This document shows positions 63,322 through 64,000 of a DNA stretch of 64,000 nt, piece after piece. Source of the DNA: Vitrella brassicaformis CCMP3155 (lineage: Eukaryota; Protista; Chromerida); NCBI GenBank assembly GCA_001179505.1, contig CDMY01000310.1:62001-126000 (forward strand), in the 5' to 3' direction. The translations under genes and the position numbers were made by a program. The first letter of the stretch is position 1. Each line of letters opens with the position of its first letter. A model generated the notes under the pieces. It saw only the letters and a list, made by a program, of their open reading frames with translations. It ran no database searches and was not told the DNA's origin.

Positions 63322-64000
63322 CATGCCACCGTCATGGCTCTCACCTGCTGTGATGATTTCATGTCGACAAACAAACATAAATAGATGTGTGCTCTGTCTT
63401 CTCTTACGAGTTCTGTGCAGTGGTTCTGTGCGCCTGTCTGTTGGGGGCTTATGATTGGTGCTGACGTGGATGAGCTCGTTCCTGTTAGGTGTGTGTTCTG
63501 GCGTACTGGTGAATGGACGCTGGATCAGCGCTCTTACGGATTTTGCGCCTTTCTCATGAGTGGGTGTGTGAGAGTGAGAGACAGAGAGATGATATATAGA
63601 TAGGATGGCAGCATGAGAGTGAGAGAGAGAGGAGAGATCAGAAGGTTTTTCCTTGGTGTGCATCGTTTGTCGGTGTGCTGTCTGTAAGAAGCATGATCGC
63701 CACGTCAGACATTAAGTAATAAGCATCATTGTCTGTGTGCGGTTGTCGTCGAGCATCTCACAGGCAGACAGACACACAGCATACTGTGTTTCTGTGTGGT
63801 ATGTGTAGATGACAGAGAGAGACTGTTCTTTTATTGCCAGCTGTCCTCTGTCTGATATTGTGTATTGTGTGTGGGTTTCATGCATTTGTCCTCCCTCCTC
63901 TTTGTGGCCATCTTCGTGAGCCTTCAGCAACGTCAGAGTATCAATTCATGTGTGGTGTTAGTGCTTTGGAGTTGCCGTTTGTCGATAGAGATGCGCACAG

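Overview
Intron-rich eukaryotic genomic DNA. The (AC)n/(GT)n/(GACA)n/(GATG)n-laden short spliceosomal introns and apparent bipartite plastid-targeting leaders are most consistent with a chromerid alveolate such as Vitrella brassicaformis (inference, not verified). About 22 multi- or single-exon genes can be reconstructed by eye. They include THI4 thiazole synthase, two inverted paralogous trypsin-like proteases, a MYND-finger protein, an SLBP-domain protein, HDHD2, DGAT2, a putatively plastid-targeted FAD monooxygenase, a head-to-head pair of signal-peptide FCP/SCP-type phosphatases, a SAM methyltransferase, an ALYREF-like RRM protein, a stand-alone subtilisin-propeptide-like protein, a coiled-coil (ciliary-type) protein, an SLC35 transporter, a PH + permuted NlpC/P60 protein and an opine dehydrogenase. 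The standout is a structurally complete TPP riboswitch aptamer (6554-6655, minus strand) in an apparent 5'-UTR intron just upstream of THI4. Other notable signals: (i) introns frequently polarised AC-rich at the 5' end and GT-rich at the 3' end, so the ends can base-pair; (ii) both proteases share a hidden terminal exon ending LRHGG-stop; (iii) two inverted duplications, one of which appears to have created a new splice acceptor. There are three 300-N assembly gaps. No tRNA, rRNA, CRISPR array or transposase was recognised. Exon boundaries were read manually and need RNA-seq confirmation.
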